From Pecten maximus (lineage: Eukaryota): a DNA stretch of 64,000 bases. Positions 11,671 to 24,484 of the stretch are shown one piece after another. The first letter of the stretch is position 1. Every line of letters begins with the position of its first letter. A program made the position numbers and the translations under genes. The stretch is taken from positions 39,246,001 to 39,310,000 of the forward strand of contig NC_047023.1 of the NCBI RefSeq assembly GCF_902652985.1, read 5' to 3'. The notes under the pieces were generated by a model, which was not told the origin of the DNA, searched no databases, and worked only from the letters and a program-made list of their open reading frames with translations.

Positions 11671-14600
11671 CTAAGCAGCTGGGTAAGGAAACTCCCCTAC
11701 GTAGTTACCGCTGAAATGCAAGTGCAATATTGTATTAAATTCGGAATGTGTTTAATGTCACTTCAAATGGTTATTAGTATAATCATTATCATTGTTAACT
11801 GGTAAAACTGATGGTTATTAATTCTAAAGATGACAACTAATGACAACATCTTGCGTTAATTCTAAAGATGACAACCAATGAAATCATTTTACCTTAATTC
11901 TAAAGATGGCAACTAATGACAACATCTTACGTTAATTCTAAAGATGACAACTAATGACAACATCTTACGTTAATTCTAAAGATGGCAACTAATGACAACA
12001 TCTTACGTTAATTCTAAAGATGACAACTAATGACAACATCTTGCGTTAATTATAAAGATGACAACAAATGACAACATATTACCTTAATTCTAAAGATGAC
12101 ATCTAACGACAACATCTTACGTTAATTCTAAATATTACAACTAATGACAATATCTACGTTAATTATAAAAATGACAACCGATGACGACACCTTATATTAA
12201 TTATCAAGATGATAACTGGTGACAACATCTTACCCAGGGCCGTAGTTGCACACTACGAGAGTTGCCTTCTTCATGGAACTGTTCTTGAGAGTATTGCAAA
12301 CCTTCACACCACATCCGACGTGGGTAGAATCATGCCACACAAGCTATTCAAATAACCATTAAACATTATAATGTCGTGATATTTATGTTAGACAGTATTA
12401 TGTTAGACAGTACATTGTATTATGTTAGACAGTATTATGTTAGACAGTATTATGTTAGACAGTATTATGCTATACAGTATTATGATAGACAGTATGATGT
12501 TATACAGTTTTATGATAGACAGTGTTATGTTAGACAGTATTATGTTAGACAGTATTATGTTAGACAGTATTATGATAGACAGTATGATGTTATACAGTAT
12601 TATGATAGACAGTATGATGTTATACAGTATTATGATAGACAGTGTTATGTTAGACAGTATTATGTTAGACAGTGTTATGTTAGACAGTATTATGTTAGAC
12701 AGTATTATGATAGACAGTGTTATGTTATACAGTATTATGTTAGACAGTGTTATGATAGATAGTGTTATGATAGACAGTATTATGTTAGACAGTGTTATGT
12801 TAGACAGTGTTATGTTAGACAGTATTATGCTAGACAGTATTATGATAGACAGTGTTATGATAGACAGTATTATGTTATACAATATTATGTTAGACAGTAT
12901 TATATTAGACAGTATTGTGATAGACAGTATTATGTTAGACAGTGTTATGATAGACAGTATTATGTTAGACAGTGTTATGATAGACAGTGTTATGTTAGAC
13001 AGTATTATGATAGACAGTGTTATGTTAGACAGTATTATGATAGACAGTGTTATGATAGACAGTGTTATGTTAGACAGTATTATGATAGATAGTGTTATGA
13101 TAGACAGTGTTATGTTAGACAGTGTTATGTTAGACAGTATTATGTTAGACAGTGTTGTGATAGACAGTATTATATTAGACAGTATTATGATAGATAGTAT
13201 TATATTAGACAGTGTTATGTTAGACAGTATTATGATAGACAGTGTTATGTTAGACAGTATTATGATAGATAGTGTTATGTTAGACAGTATTATGTTAGAC
13301 AGTATTATGATAGACAGTGTTATATTAGACAGTGTTATGTTAGACAGTGTTATGTTAGACAGTATTATGTTAGACAGTATTATGTTAGACAGTGTTGTGA
13401 TAGACAGTATTATATTAGACAGTATTATGATAGATAGTATTATATTAGACAGTGTTATGTTAGACAGTGTTATATTTTCTATCTGTCCGGAAGGCATCCT
13501 CGAGGATTTGGAAGGGTGAATTCACAAACATCCTACTCACGTCAGCCGCCATTTGAAAACGAATTCAGAAATTAATGTCTCAGAGGCTGGATTTGCATTA
13601 AAACGAATGGTTTTAACGATAAGAAATCATCATAAAAATCGGACCAAATCCAGTGTGAAAAGTCCGGTCATGGTTAGCTCGGTGCTACTACGGCTTGTGA
13701 TTTTGTTTGGCTTATGAAAGGTTCTATTCGATATTTTGAATTGGATAAAGACAACTGGTGCATTTATTTTCATCATTTGTAAATTCGTCTCCGGTCTTGC
13801 ACGTGTAAGCAACGTGGTAGTCAGAATATAATCCACAAAGTATACTAACACAGATATTATACAAAGAAAAAAATCGTCACGAATGACCAGTAGCCATTCT
13901 CTAGTCAGTATGCTTCATCAAGGTGAAGTTGTAATCAATTTACAGAAAATACAAAAGTATTCTTCTTTAAAAGTCTAAATATAAACAAATCCCAAAGACA
14001 AGTCGTGACGTCATGATATGCAATACAATTTGCACGGACTTTCACTGGAAATCAAAACAAACACTAAGGGGAAAGTTGTTAAAAGAGACTAAAGATGATA
14101 CGTATTTAGTTTGACTTTGTGTGTTAGAAGCATCCATCTGTTGTAAGACGACTCACCTGGGTATAGTGCCCGCACATCCTTCCAGGGTTACAGGTCTTGG
14201 TTTCGTAGTCATAATCTTTGACCTCACCTGCCCAAGCTTCTACAGCAGCTGACGGTTCCACTCCACCTAATAAAAAACAACATTGTGGTTCTTATATATT
14301 AAGTAAATGTAGACCCTCTTATGCATTTAAAATTGTCATTGTATATGCCTAAAGGCTGTATGCTGAATATATTGCTATATCTTCTGAATTAGAAGCTTGT
14401 CAAATGACAGAAGAGTCATACGATGTGGATGTAGCTATCAGTTCCGTCAGAAATCAACATCTATAATAATATATATAATATATATAATGCTGAATTTGAC
14501 CGAATGAGTTTTGATTGAACTATATCCACGTCCGATGGACTTTTAAATATGATAGATGTTTTAAAAGGATATAAATGTATAAAAAATGCCATATCTTTCA

Positions 14601-15594
14601 ACTGAAACGGAAAGCAAGAGTACTGACCTTGGGCAGTCGTTACAAAAAGGTTTTCTCCGACATAATTGTACTTGCTCTTGTCTGAACGATGGGGATTGTG
14701 TCCCCAAATACACTTGTCTGCGTATTTTTGGGCTGTAGTGGCAAGCGTGTCATCCCACGCCTACGATTGAAAACAGTATTACATTAAAACATGATAGCCA
14801 TACAAAGAGTTGCGGCCCCCTTTCTAATTACCAGAAAAGAATTATCCTGTTTATTCCAAATCTTTATTAGTACCGCGAAGATTTCAGGGATCATCTTGTA
14901 TTAGATAACCGACATTATATATTAAAAACTTGTTACAAAACTGCTTAAAGTGGTATACATGGTAGAGCTATATCTGGCGTCATTAACACCAACAATTGAA
15001 GAAAACGCCTTTAGAAAGTCCCTTAGAAAGTCCCTTAGAAAGTCCCTTAGACAGTCCCTTAGAAAGTCCCTTAGAAAGTCCCTTAGAAGTCTGAAACAAA
15101 TATAGCAGCGACATGCAATTTGATTTCTTCGGGACGCAGTTCATCATTTATTAATCTCATATTTTAAAAAAAAGTTCAATCTTTTGGAGGGTGATAATAG
15201 TGTTAAGTGTGTATCTTTTGTAATGCACATTTGTATAAAGCCTATTCGTGCTATCTATAGGCCATAATTACTCCATTGTCGAAGACATGCAACACCTTAA
15301 ATTAATGAGAACTGAGAACTCAAGATACTGATTCAAACTTACCATGTCTGACAAATCCTTGGGTGTTGGCCTTGCGTGATGTCTGACTTTGTTGTGAGCT
15401 TGTACAAATTTCTTTGCATCGCCGGAACTGACCCCTCTCCTGTTCAGGCGATCAACAATAGTCAAAGATTCCCCCACCTCAGCCTCACCCGCATTTCTCC
15501 TCATCTTGGCAATCATCCTTTGCATGAATTTGTCCGGCTGCTGTGCAGTCGCATATGCCAGCATCACGAACATGAATGCCACAATAAATTGCAT
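11671..15594 (-). CDS. Secreted CAP-superfamily (SCP/PR-1/CRISP; PI16/GLIPR1-like) protein, 214 aa, 5 coding exons
   Basis: Exons 15594-15343, 14760-14628, 14266-14157, 12343-12234 and 11710-11671, all GT-AG with compatible phases (0,1,0,2). Signal peptide, then HNKVR, AWDDTLA..AQKYADKC, VGENL, CGHYTQLVWHDSTHVGCG, VVCNYGPGGNYVG. Confidence 0.95.
11818..12233. repeat. 38-bp intronic minisatellite (about 11 copies) abutting a splice donor of the CAP gene
   Basis: Unit TTAATTCTAAAGATGACAACTAATGACAACATCTTACG. The last unit ends at the exon boundary (ATCTTAC|CCAGG). Confidence 0.93.
12384..13475. repeat. 14/15-bp intronic minisatellite TATG(T/A)TAGACAGT(AT/GT), about 73 copies
   Basis: Direct periodicity; source of the MLDSI and SNIIL pseudo-ORFs. 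Confidence 0.96.
15008..15090. repeat. 12-bp tandem repeat CCTTAGAAAGTC, about 7 copies
   Basis: Direct periodicity. Confidence 0.93.
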
Positions 15595-15829
15595 TGTGTC
15601 AAATAGCTATAAAAGAGAGAGAGAGAGAGAGAGAAAAAGAAAAGCTAGTTTCCACTGACATATACTGACAAGTAAAAATAGTGACGAAATCAACAATGAA
15701 AAGCATTGCAAATCGTAAGCTCTTTGAATTTTTTAAACCTATAACAAAAAAAAGGAAACAAAAAAGGAAACAACAAAATACAAAACAAACTTGTCCATCA
15801 CCTGAACCCCAAAATATGGCGTTACTTAC

Positions 15830-15900
15830 TGTGTAACAGCTTGACGTGGTCTGCTTGTCTCAGTCTGTAGATGTTGAAGAACTGAAGAGGTTTATTTATA
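15830..15900 (-). promoter_or_regulatory. TATA box (TATAAATA, 15900-15893) and short non-coding first exon of the CAP gene
   Basis: TATA lies about 70 nt upstream of a consensus donor A|GTAAGT at 15830/15829. A matching acceptor with a (TC)n tract is at 15607, 12 nt before the ATG. Confidence 0.7.
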
Positions 15901-16189
15901 CTCAGATACCGATGCTGCCAGCCATCAGTAAGGCGAAAAAAAATGTTATGCTTCGCTGAGTACAACGCTTTGATATATTACATGTGCATAACCTAATTAC
16001 CTGTTAATAGCTCGAATTAGTCATGAATCTGTAGATAGTTTTATGATATGATATCAGATTAGCTGAAGTGTAAGATCAGAACTAATCCCATAATTTATAA
16101 CAATGAATAATCATGACGAGCCCTACCAAATTATTTAATTATGTACTTAACTATCGTAAAGTTCTATAACTAGAACAATGTCAACAAAA

Positions 16190-16572
16190 AAACAAGAGCA
16201 CCGCCAACGGATGCACCATACGCCGTCTGACTTTATCCAAAGATTGTTTGCTTGTTATTTAAAGTATTCTTTAGCTTAAATTAAATTAAGTCCAAAATGG
16301 ATTGAAATTCTTGGATTAAAAATTAAAGTCCAAACTGGGTAAGAATTGTTGGACAAAACTAAAATAAAGTCTAAAATAGGTAGAAAATATATATATATAA
16401 CAAATATGTCCATAATATCAAAAAATAGAAGTTATTTCCTCCAATTAAATCCATATTGTCCTTGTTAGACTCAACATGATTTGACAGCATTGAAGACCTC
16501 GGAAGAAACCTTAAATCGGACGGACGGACGAAGACCTTGTAACAAAATACACGTCCGTCGAAATTATAAAAA
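16190..16572 (-). mobile_element. Degenerate HINE/Helentron-type non-autonomous element, reverse orientation
   Basis: AACAAGAG plus a hairpin-like stretch at one end and (GGAC)n near the other, mirroring the element at 59544-61320. Confidence 0.5.
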
Positions 16573-16727
16573 TAGGTAGCATAAGTGGAATTGAGTTTTT
16601 GTTGCATAGCTTTTTAACTTGTAAATGGAACTAGCGCGAGATATATCTAGTAATATATTTCCTTGGTTATTAAGAATTAGTTTTTTTCTCCATTATATTG
16701 GCAATCGCACGGCAATATATTGAGATT

Positions 16728-17182
16728 TTACTATTTAACAATTAAACTCTTTGCAGACTGTATTTATTGGCAAGATCAATGCAATCTGTGTGACAGATAA
16801 TTAGAATGACGCCCGTTAACCTAGCAAAGATTTCGACTTACAATCGCGTAATTATGACGTCATTTTGGTGCTTTGTTGATCATAGTCACGCCGAGGCTTT
16901 GTATAAAACATCAATTTGAATGCAAACCAAACACTACAATGAAATCGATTTCACATGTGCCGTTCTTTCAATTGAACAAACAGGGAAATAGCTTAACTTA
17001 AACCCCAGATTAAGCAAAGAGAAAGTGAAGTTTAACGTATCTTAATGTAAATATAACAACTAAATGCTTGTTAGATTGTATTTATTGGCAATATCAATGC
17101 AATCTGGGTGACAGATAAATGTTCATGACGCCCTTATTACGAATAAATACAATCTACGAAGCGTTTAATTGTTAAATAGTAA
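16728..17182. mobile_element. Non-autonomous element with TIRs and an internal direct repeat of about 75 bp
   Basis: TTACTATTTAACAATTAAAC pairs with GTTTAATTGTTAAATAGTAA. TGTATTTATTGGCAA..GACAGATAA..ATGACGCCC occurs at about 16759 and about 17077. Confidence 0.7.
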
Positions 17183-17189
17183 TCACACT

Positions 17190-17352
17190 TATTAGTCGGG
17201 ATGGAAGCTCGCGAGGGGGAGGAAACCGGATTACCCGGGGAAAACCCACGTGGTCGGGCAGGTGACCCAATACCTTTTCACGTCCGATCGGGGAATCGAA
17301 CCCCGGCCGCCTAGATGAAAGGCAAGTATGTTACCACTGCGCAAACCCGACC
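17190..17352 (-). mobile_element. tRNA-derived SINE with V-domain-like core
   Basis: Minus strand: A box GCGCAGTGG, B box GGTTCGATTCC, then GGGTTTTCCCCGGGTAATCCGGTTTCCTCC. Confidence 0.85.
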
Positions 17353-17401
17353 ACTATATATAAGCGTTATTGGGTTATCTAAGGGTTATCAGGTAGACTA
17401 A

Positions 17402-20400
17402 TGTCGGATGGTGAGAGATTACTCGAACAACAACATGTTGTCAGCCATGCTGGATTTATTACCTCATTACTACGTCCGGTTTCCGGTTGCATACAAATTA
17501 CAGAATGTGTTTATACTTTACGGAATGGACATAGTATGGAACGCAACTTATAGATATTATGTTATAGACATTACATCTCTCCCTTTTTTAGTATTGAAAT
17601 TAAATTACATTTTAAATTTAAAGTTAAATGTCCATGTGATTACAATTGAACACACTTTGTAGAATCGACTAGAAATTAAAGACTTATATGAATTTATATG
17701 GAGTTATGTTTTATATAGTGTCTCTGAATATTGATGAACAATTATACGAATAACAAATTGCACAGTTAACTCGGTTATAAGTTTCAAATACGAAACAAAA
17801 TGTAAACTGAACTATAAACTATAAGGTCTATTTGACCCGGATTATTATGCCCCAGACACAGTTGAGTCATCATAAACTAATCTATATAATCTAAACAAAG
17901 TCTTTGGCATATTTCAAATTGGGTTTTCTGTCCCTGCCACTTCTTCTGGGTACCGTCATATTGGCTGGACTTCCACTGAGTGGGACATGGACAGATTCAT
18001 TCTGTTGAGAATTCTCTGGAGATGAATTTACACTATCACCTCCTGAATTTGGCCACAAGATGTCCTCAATCTCTTCCTCAGATGGACCTTTTGGCGGTAA
18101 CTCTTGGATTCCTGACCGTACACGTTTGAATCGCGATACGATTCTCGTTACATTCCCTGTCACAGTAACCATTGGTCCCTTCTTTTCCAAAACAACTTTT
18201 GGCTGTGCCTGAAACTTGGGCGCAAGTTTATTTTCTTTGATGTCTTGTTTTATCAATACAGTATCTCCCACGGCTATTTCCCGCGGACGAGCTTGATTTC
18301 GAATATCAGCTTGATATTTCATCTTGTATTTCTCCTGACTGTCTCTTTCCCTGACTTGTTGGTCAGTCGATGACATACACACATTTGACTGTGGTACGGG
18401 TAACTTTGTCTTTGGTTCTCTGTTGAACATAAGCCTATGTGGCGTGTATCCCGTCGTTCTGTGAGGCGTTGCACGGTATTGCCTCAAGAACCTGAACATC
18501 TCCTGTTTCCTGTTTTTATTCTCTAAGTGTGCCGCACGAACAATTTTCATGAGCGGTTTGTTGAAACTCTCCGCTTGTGCGTTAGCAAGCGGCCATCTTG
18601 GTGTAATACGACGGTGATCAAATCCCATGTCCTCAGCGTACTTGCGAAATGCATCCGAATTAAACGGTGAGCCATTGTCACTTTTAATGATTTTTGGACA
18701 ACCAAACATACTCAGTACCTTGTCTAATACAGGTATTGTAGCATTCGCAGACACGGAACGTACTATTTCAACCACTGGATAGCGTGAATACTCATCAACC
18801 ATGACGAATAGATAATCACTACTTGGTAAAGGTCCACAAAAGTCAATACTTATGTTCTCCCAAGGACCTGCGGGTAACTCTGACATACGTAATGGCTCCA
18901 TAACCATTGGCTCCGGTGTCAAAGCTTGACAGGCTATGCAATCTTTCACTGCATCCTCAACTTGACTATCCATATTTGGAAACCAAACTTTTGATCTCAA
19001 AAATGCTTTTGTCTTTGCCATTCCCTGCTGTCCTTCATGTGCGACATTAATAGCACGATTCCTTAGCGTATAAGGTAAAACAATACGATGATCTCGTAAT
19101 AAAATGTTGTCAGAATGTACTGTAAGTTTCATCACGCACATTTCTCAGGGACACAAGTTCCTCCATGTGTAGATTCTCCTCATGCACATGTTTTAAGTCA
19201 TGCCATCTCCCATTTCTTACGAACTCAATCGCCTTCTGTAGTGTGTGACGTTGCTTCTCTGACGTCATCAAGGCGTATGGCATGTGGTAATGACTCTGAA
19301 GTTTACGTAGATTTCAGCGACCTCCTCTTGAGCAGATTTCTGTAATTTCTCGGGTAGTGGATGTCGTGAAATGTAGTCTGCTACATTTTTTCTCACTGGG
19401 TTCATACCGTATGTTGAATTTGTAGGGTTGTAGTCTGAGTCCCCATCTCTCAATCCTCAGACTTTGAAGTTTTGGTTTTTCCCATATCTTCTCCAATGGT
19501 TTGTGATCAGTAACTACTGTAAAGTGGCACAAACCTCTCAGGTAAGTATCGAAATGTTCACAAGCCCATACAACAGCTAGGGCCTCGCGTTCAACTTGAC
19601 TATAACGCGACTCTACGGACGTCAACGAACGACTCGCGTAGGATACAATCTTGTCCTGGACAAGCACAGCACCCAATCCTATAGGGCTAGCATCCACTCT
19701 GACCTCGACTGGCTGCTTAGGATCATAATAAGTCATAACTATGTCACTAGAAAGCTTGTCCTTTAACATCACAAATGTTTTTTCACAGGCATCGTCCCAC
19801 TTCCATGTTACGTCATTATGTGTGAGACGTCGTAGGGGCTCGCAAATTGTGGCATAGTCCTCGAGCTGTAGCTCACCATTACAAGGAAACTCTTTACTTC
19901 CTTGACGTTTTGAGGTCTCCCAAACTCTTGGACGGCCTTGACCTTTTCTGGATCAGGAGAGATACCCTCCTTGCTAAACACAACACCAAAAATGGTTAGT
20001 CTGCCTTTGCGAAATTCACACTTTTTACCGTTCAGTGTCAAACCACTGTCTCGTAGCCTCTCAAGGGTTGCTCTCAATACCCTGTCATGTTCCTCTGTGT
20101 TCTTTCCATAAACAATGATGTCATCAGATATATTCCTGACTCCGTTTACCCCCTGAATGACTTGTCTAATAGTTTCCTGGAAAACTTCGGAGGCTGATGA
20201 TATTCCAAAGTTCAGACGTTTATACCTGTATATACCTAGGTGAGTAGAAAATGTTGTAATGTACCTGGACTCTGTTTCAAGTTCCAGTTGGTGATATCCA
20301 CTCCTGAGGTCAAGTTTACTAAAGACAGTAGCTCCATTTAAATCTAAAATGAGCTCCTCAATTGTAGGCATGATGTGTCTTTCCCTCACAATAGCCTTAT

Positions 20401-20964
20401 TGGCCTCACGCATGTCAATACACAACCGTATCTCGTCTGGATTTCTTTTGGGAGGGGTTACTATAGGCGACACCCATGGTGTAGGTTCACCATCGACCTT
20501 CTCGATGATATCCTCCTTGACTAGCTTGTCTATTTCAACTTTCACTTTATCCCTCAGATGAAAAGGTGTCCTCCGTGTCGTTGTGCTACAGGGGCGACAT
20601 CGGTATTGATGTGTAACTTTACTTTACGGTCTTTTAGTTTGCCTATCCCCTTGAAGAGATTTCTGAAACAAGCTTCATCCTCTATATTCTCCGATGTAGC
20701 CACCAGCTGCTCCTGGACCTGGCATACTTTGAGTATCGATAATCGGCTGGCTGTTGGGTATCCCATTATGGATCCATATGTCCCCTTGACTACATGCAAC
20801 GTTATTGTGTCAAATACTATTTGAGTTTCTATCTTTAAAGTACAAGTTCCTAAAACTTTGAGGGTTTTACTCCCTCCATAAGGTACTAACCTTGTCTTGG
20901 TTTTGTATCTGGACAAAGCAGGCTTACCTAGTTTCTCGTAGTCAGCCTCATCAAGGATGTCGAC
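17402..20964 (-). mobile_element. Second Ty3/Gypsy element, 5'-truncated (gag and protease active site missing), with PPT and 3' LTR
   Basis: RT (LDLRSGYHQ, ISDDIIVYG), RNase H (VDASPIG, EREALA), IN (IDF/SDNG/AES). PPT AAAAAAGGGAGAGA at 17589-17576 is followed by TGTAATG. The outer LTR edge near 17402 is uncertain. Confidence 0.92.
17891..20964 (-). pseudogene. Gypsy pol pseudogene (PR C-terminus, RT, RH, IN) with frameshifts
   Basis: ORFs 20554-20976, 19808-20545, 19314-19772, 19268-19453 and 17891-19141. Confidence 0.92.
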
Positions 20965-23036
20965 AAATTTATACAAAAACTACAAGATACATTTCTCTTC
21001 CAGCATATAAACCAACCAAACAGATGGCGAGGAATGGACAATCCACAATTCTTGACCTTGTTATAACAAAGGATGAAAAATCACTCTCACCTGTAGAATA
21101 CCAGAGTGCACTTGGCAAAAGCGATCATTGTATGCTAGTCTTTAATATATTATCTAATATTAACGTAAGTTTGCAACAAAAAATGAAAACAGGTCATAAA
21201 GAAGCTAACTACACAATGATAAATGATGTATTAGGAAACACAAACTGGAAAGAGAAAATAAAACCGTCAAACACCATTGATGAGAATTGGAATCAATTCA
21301 AGAGGATCTTGAAGGAAGCAGAAGAAAAATATGTCCCAAGGAAAATTATAAAAATTGGGAGAAACAACAAGCACAGTTTTCCAGCGGACCAGGCAACACT
21401 AGATGCCATCAGAAAGAAGCACTCTTTGTCCAGAAAAGCTATAATGAGTAAGAATCCAGAAATACGCATGGAATACAATAACATGCTAAATAAAGTCAAG
21501 AAATTAACGCGTAAAGCAAGAAAAGATTATGAAAATAGCATCGCAAGTAAAGCAAAAACCGATCCTAAAGTAATTTGGAACTACATTAAGTCAAAATCAA
21601 CAACAAAATCTGGCACTGCAGACCTATATCTAGACCCAACAGACATTCAATCGGTCAAAATAACAACAGATAAAGGAAAAGCAAATATACATTGTAAATT
21701 CTTCAGTAGCGTTTTTTGTAAAAAGAACAGGATGGACCTATACCGGAAGTACAACAAATGCAGATAAAAGAAGAGATGTCTAAGCTAACTGTGGAGGAGG
21801 AAGCAGTCTATAAACTACTGAAGAACCTCAAACCGGACAAATCACCAGGATTAGACGATCTCCACCCCATGTATCTAAAACACATTGCACTATCAATATT
21901 GGGACATTGACAGGGGACGTGGTGGCCGAGTGGTTAAGGTGTACCGACACTTTATCACTAGCCCTCCACCTCTGGGTTGCGAGTTCGAAACCTACATGGG
22001 GCAATTGCCAGGTACTGACCGTAGGCCGGTGTTTTTTCTCCGGGTACTCCGGCTTTCCTTCACATTCAAAACCTGGCACGTCCTTAAATGACCTTGGCTG
22101 TTAATAGGACGTTAAACAAAAACAAACAAAACCAAAAATTGACAGATATCTTCAATCAAACCTTATCAACGGGTACACTGCCGGAAGATTGGAAAAGGGC
22201 TCGGGTCAGCGCAATTTTTAAGAAAGGGGACAAATGCCCGGCAGGAAATTATAGACCAGTCAGTCTAACATCTGTGCTATGTAAAGTTTTAGAAACAATA
22301 ATAAGGGAACACATAACATTTTTTATGAGAACAAACAACTATTTTTCGCATAAACAATATGGCTTTTTATCGGGAAGATCGACCTGCCTCCAACTACTAG
22401 GGTTATGGACAAATGGACCAAGGCTCTAGACAATAATAAAATCATTGATTGTATTTACATGGATTACCAAAAAGCGTTCGACACTGTCCCACATAAAAGA
22501 TTAGTCAACAAACTTAAGGCGTATTATTTCTCAGAACAAATCATCTCTTGGATATCAGGATTTCTAACAGACAGAAGTCAAAAAGTTACTGTGAATGGTG
22601 AAGATTCAGAATGGGGTAAAGTAACTTCAGGCATTCCACAGGGAAGCGTCCTAGGGCCAATTATATTTGTAATATTTATAAACGATCTGCCAAACATCGT
22701 TAAATCGGATATGTACCTCTTTGCAGATGATACTAAGATCATTAAAATTATGGAAATCACTGACCACTCCACTGAGCTCCAGGATGACCTAAACAATATG
22801 TGCAACTGGACCGATCCATGGCTTCTCAAAATGTACCCAGACAAATGTAAGCACGTGAGAATAGGCACAGGAATACCAAAGGATCAAGATCACAAGATGT
22901 CACATACAACCTTAAAGGAAACCCACTTCAAACAACAACACCGAAAAAGGAATTGCCGTTATAATAAATTCTGCGAAAAAAAAAGAAAAAAAAAAAAAGA
23001 AGCAAATTCCATGTTTGCCCTCCTAAGAAGAACATT
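20965..23036 (+). mobile_element. CR1-like LINE ORF2 fragment (EN C-terminus plus RT), interrupted by a SINE, truncated at both ends
   Basis: ILDLVIT, LGKSDHCML, PDKSPGLDDLHP, NYRPVSLTS, YMDYQKAFDTVPH, GIPQGSVLGP, LFADDTKI. Frameshifted. Confidence 0.92.
21913..22137 (+). mobile_element. Full-length tRNA-derived SINE (V-domain-like core, CAAA tail) with 7-bp TSD
   Basis: A box GTGGCCGAGTGG, B box GTTCGAAAC, core TTTTCTCCGGGTACTCCGG. TSD ATTGACA at 21906-21912 and 22138-22144. Confidence 0.93.
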
Positions 23037-23183
23037 TAAGCATTATTCTCAATTTATTTTTGGTTTATGAAGTCATAGACAAAAAACGGATGGGTATTCT
23101 TTTTCATAAACGCTTCGCGAACGCCCATCCGTTTTTTTTGTCTATGACTTCATAAACCAAAAATAGATTAAGAATAATGCTTA
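23037..23183. mobile_element. Near-perfect fold-back palindrome (about 63-bp arms); probable terminus of a larger non-autonomous element reaching about 23.9 kb
   Basis: TAAGCATTATTCT..ACGGATGGG pairs with CCCATCCGT..AGAATAATGCTTA. The loop contains CGCTTCGC. It truncates the LINE. Confidence 0.8.
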
Positions 23184-24484
23184 TAATTTTATTGTAATAA
23201 CTAAAAACAATGCTTATAAGACATCAACCATTATGTATTCAATTTATTTTAACGAATTAATAGATTGATGTGCGGCGCATCAATATTACACCAGCGCTTC
23301 ATTGAGGCCAATAACTGTGCCGCTTTTAAAACTTCCCGCGAAAACGATCATGCCGAACCGGTTTGATCCAGTTCGCACTAGTCTGAGGACGCAGTCAACA
23401 GTCACTCACGGTGCTGTAGGCTAACAAATCAGAAACAGTGGAATGTTTGTTATATATATGTAAGAGCCTTGTGAGGAAAATTAAACACTCAGATATTGAA
23501 AGATGAGTTGGAAAACATCCCCGATGACAGAACATTGCTAATCGAGGAGGCGTATGAGTTGGACGGTATCAGAGGCAAGTTGTATTTTCCGCGGCCACAA
23601 GTGGGCCTACGCCATTTTGATTATGGCCGCAGTTTTGATTGATTATCGAAGCTAAAGTGTTGCTGATTACACGTTTTTGGTTTGCAGAACATTCTCGACT
23701 GTAGCTTCTGATAGAGCTTTCGTATCTCCGATGACTTTATAATCGATATTCTGTTCGATAACCAATCCGAAAATATCCGACGTTGAACGACACATTGATA
23801 GTCGCAAGCAGAGGACGTCAAAAGTAATTCTACGTGTATTACGTCATTAAAAATGACGTAAATTTTTTCGGGCTATGAAGAATGAAAGACTCGATAACTT
23901 TAAAAATGAATGGTAAAAATAAATACGGAATTACACTTTTTATTGATATTTATCATGCAAATATTGGAATTTAATCGATTTAATTTGTAAGAAATTTGTT
24001 ACCACATATTATCCACTTACAAAATAGTAAAGTCAGGCTCGAGGTGGATTGATGGCAAAACATGGACCATATTAAAACCTCTCTTTGATATATTTCATGA
24101 TTGATGTATATATATATGCAATTGTATACCTAGAAAATTCTTCATTACTGACAATATTTGCATTTCAAGGAGATTGTGGTTATTTCAAAAGGACTGCTAT
24201 TTCAAGCTAAAACTATTGTGAACATTCTTTTTTAAGATTTCATTCATTATATACAGAGAATCATCATTAACGTACTAACAAGTTTAGAATTCCATTTATT
24301 GATATCATAAAACAATTATTGGAAAGGATATTAAAACAACAATGTCTTTTAAAACAACGGGATACAAATCAATACAATTTCCCGATCTTGGAATCTAAGG
24401 ATGCAGGACATGACATGAAATATATAGGATTTCACATATGTCAAATTGTCAATCTCAACTTATTCCATCTTAAGGAACCAAAAG

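Noticed and set aside
12376-13519. ORFs of about 365 aa on both strands (MLDSI / SNIIL)
   Set aside because: They come from a minisatellite inside a CAP intron.
21913-21995. tRNA genes (also 58977-59060 and 17280-17352)
   Set aside because: A and B boxes are present, but there is no proper cloverleaf and they are followed by a SINE core, with tail and TSD in two copies.
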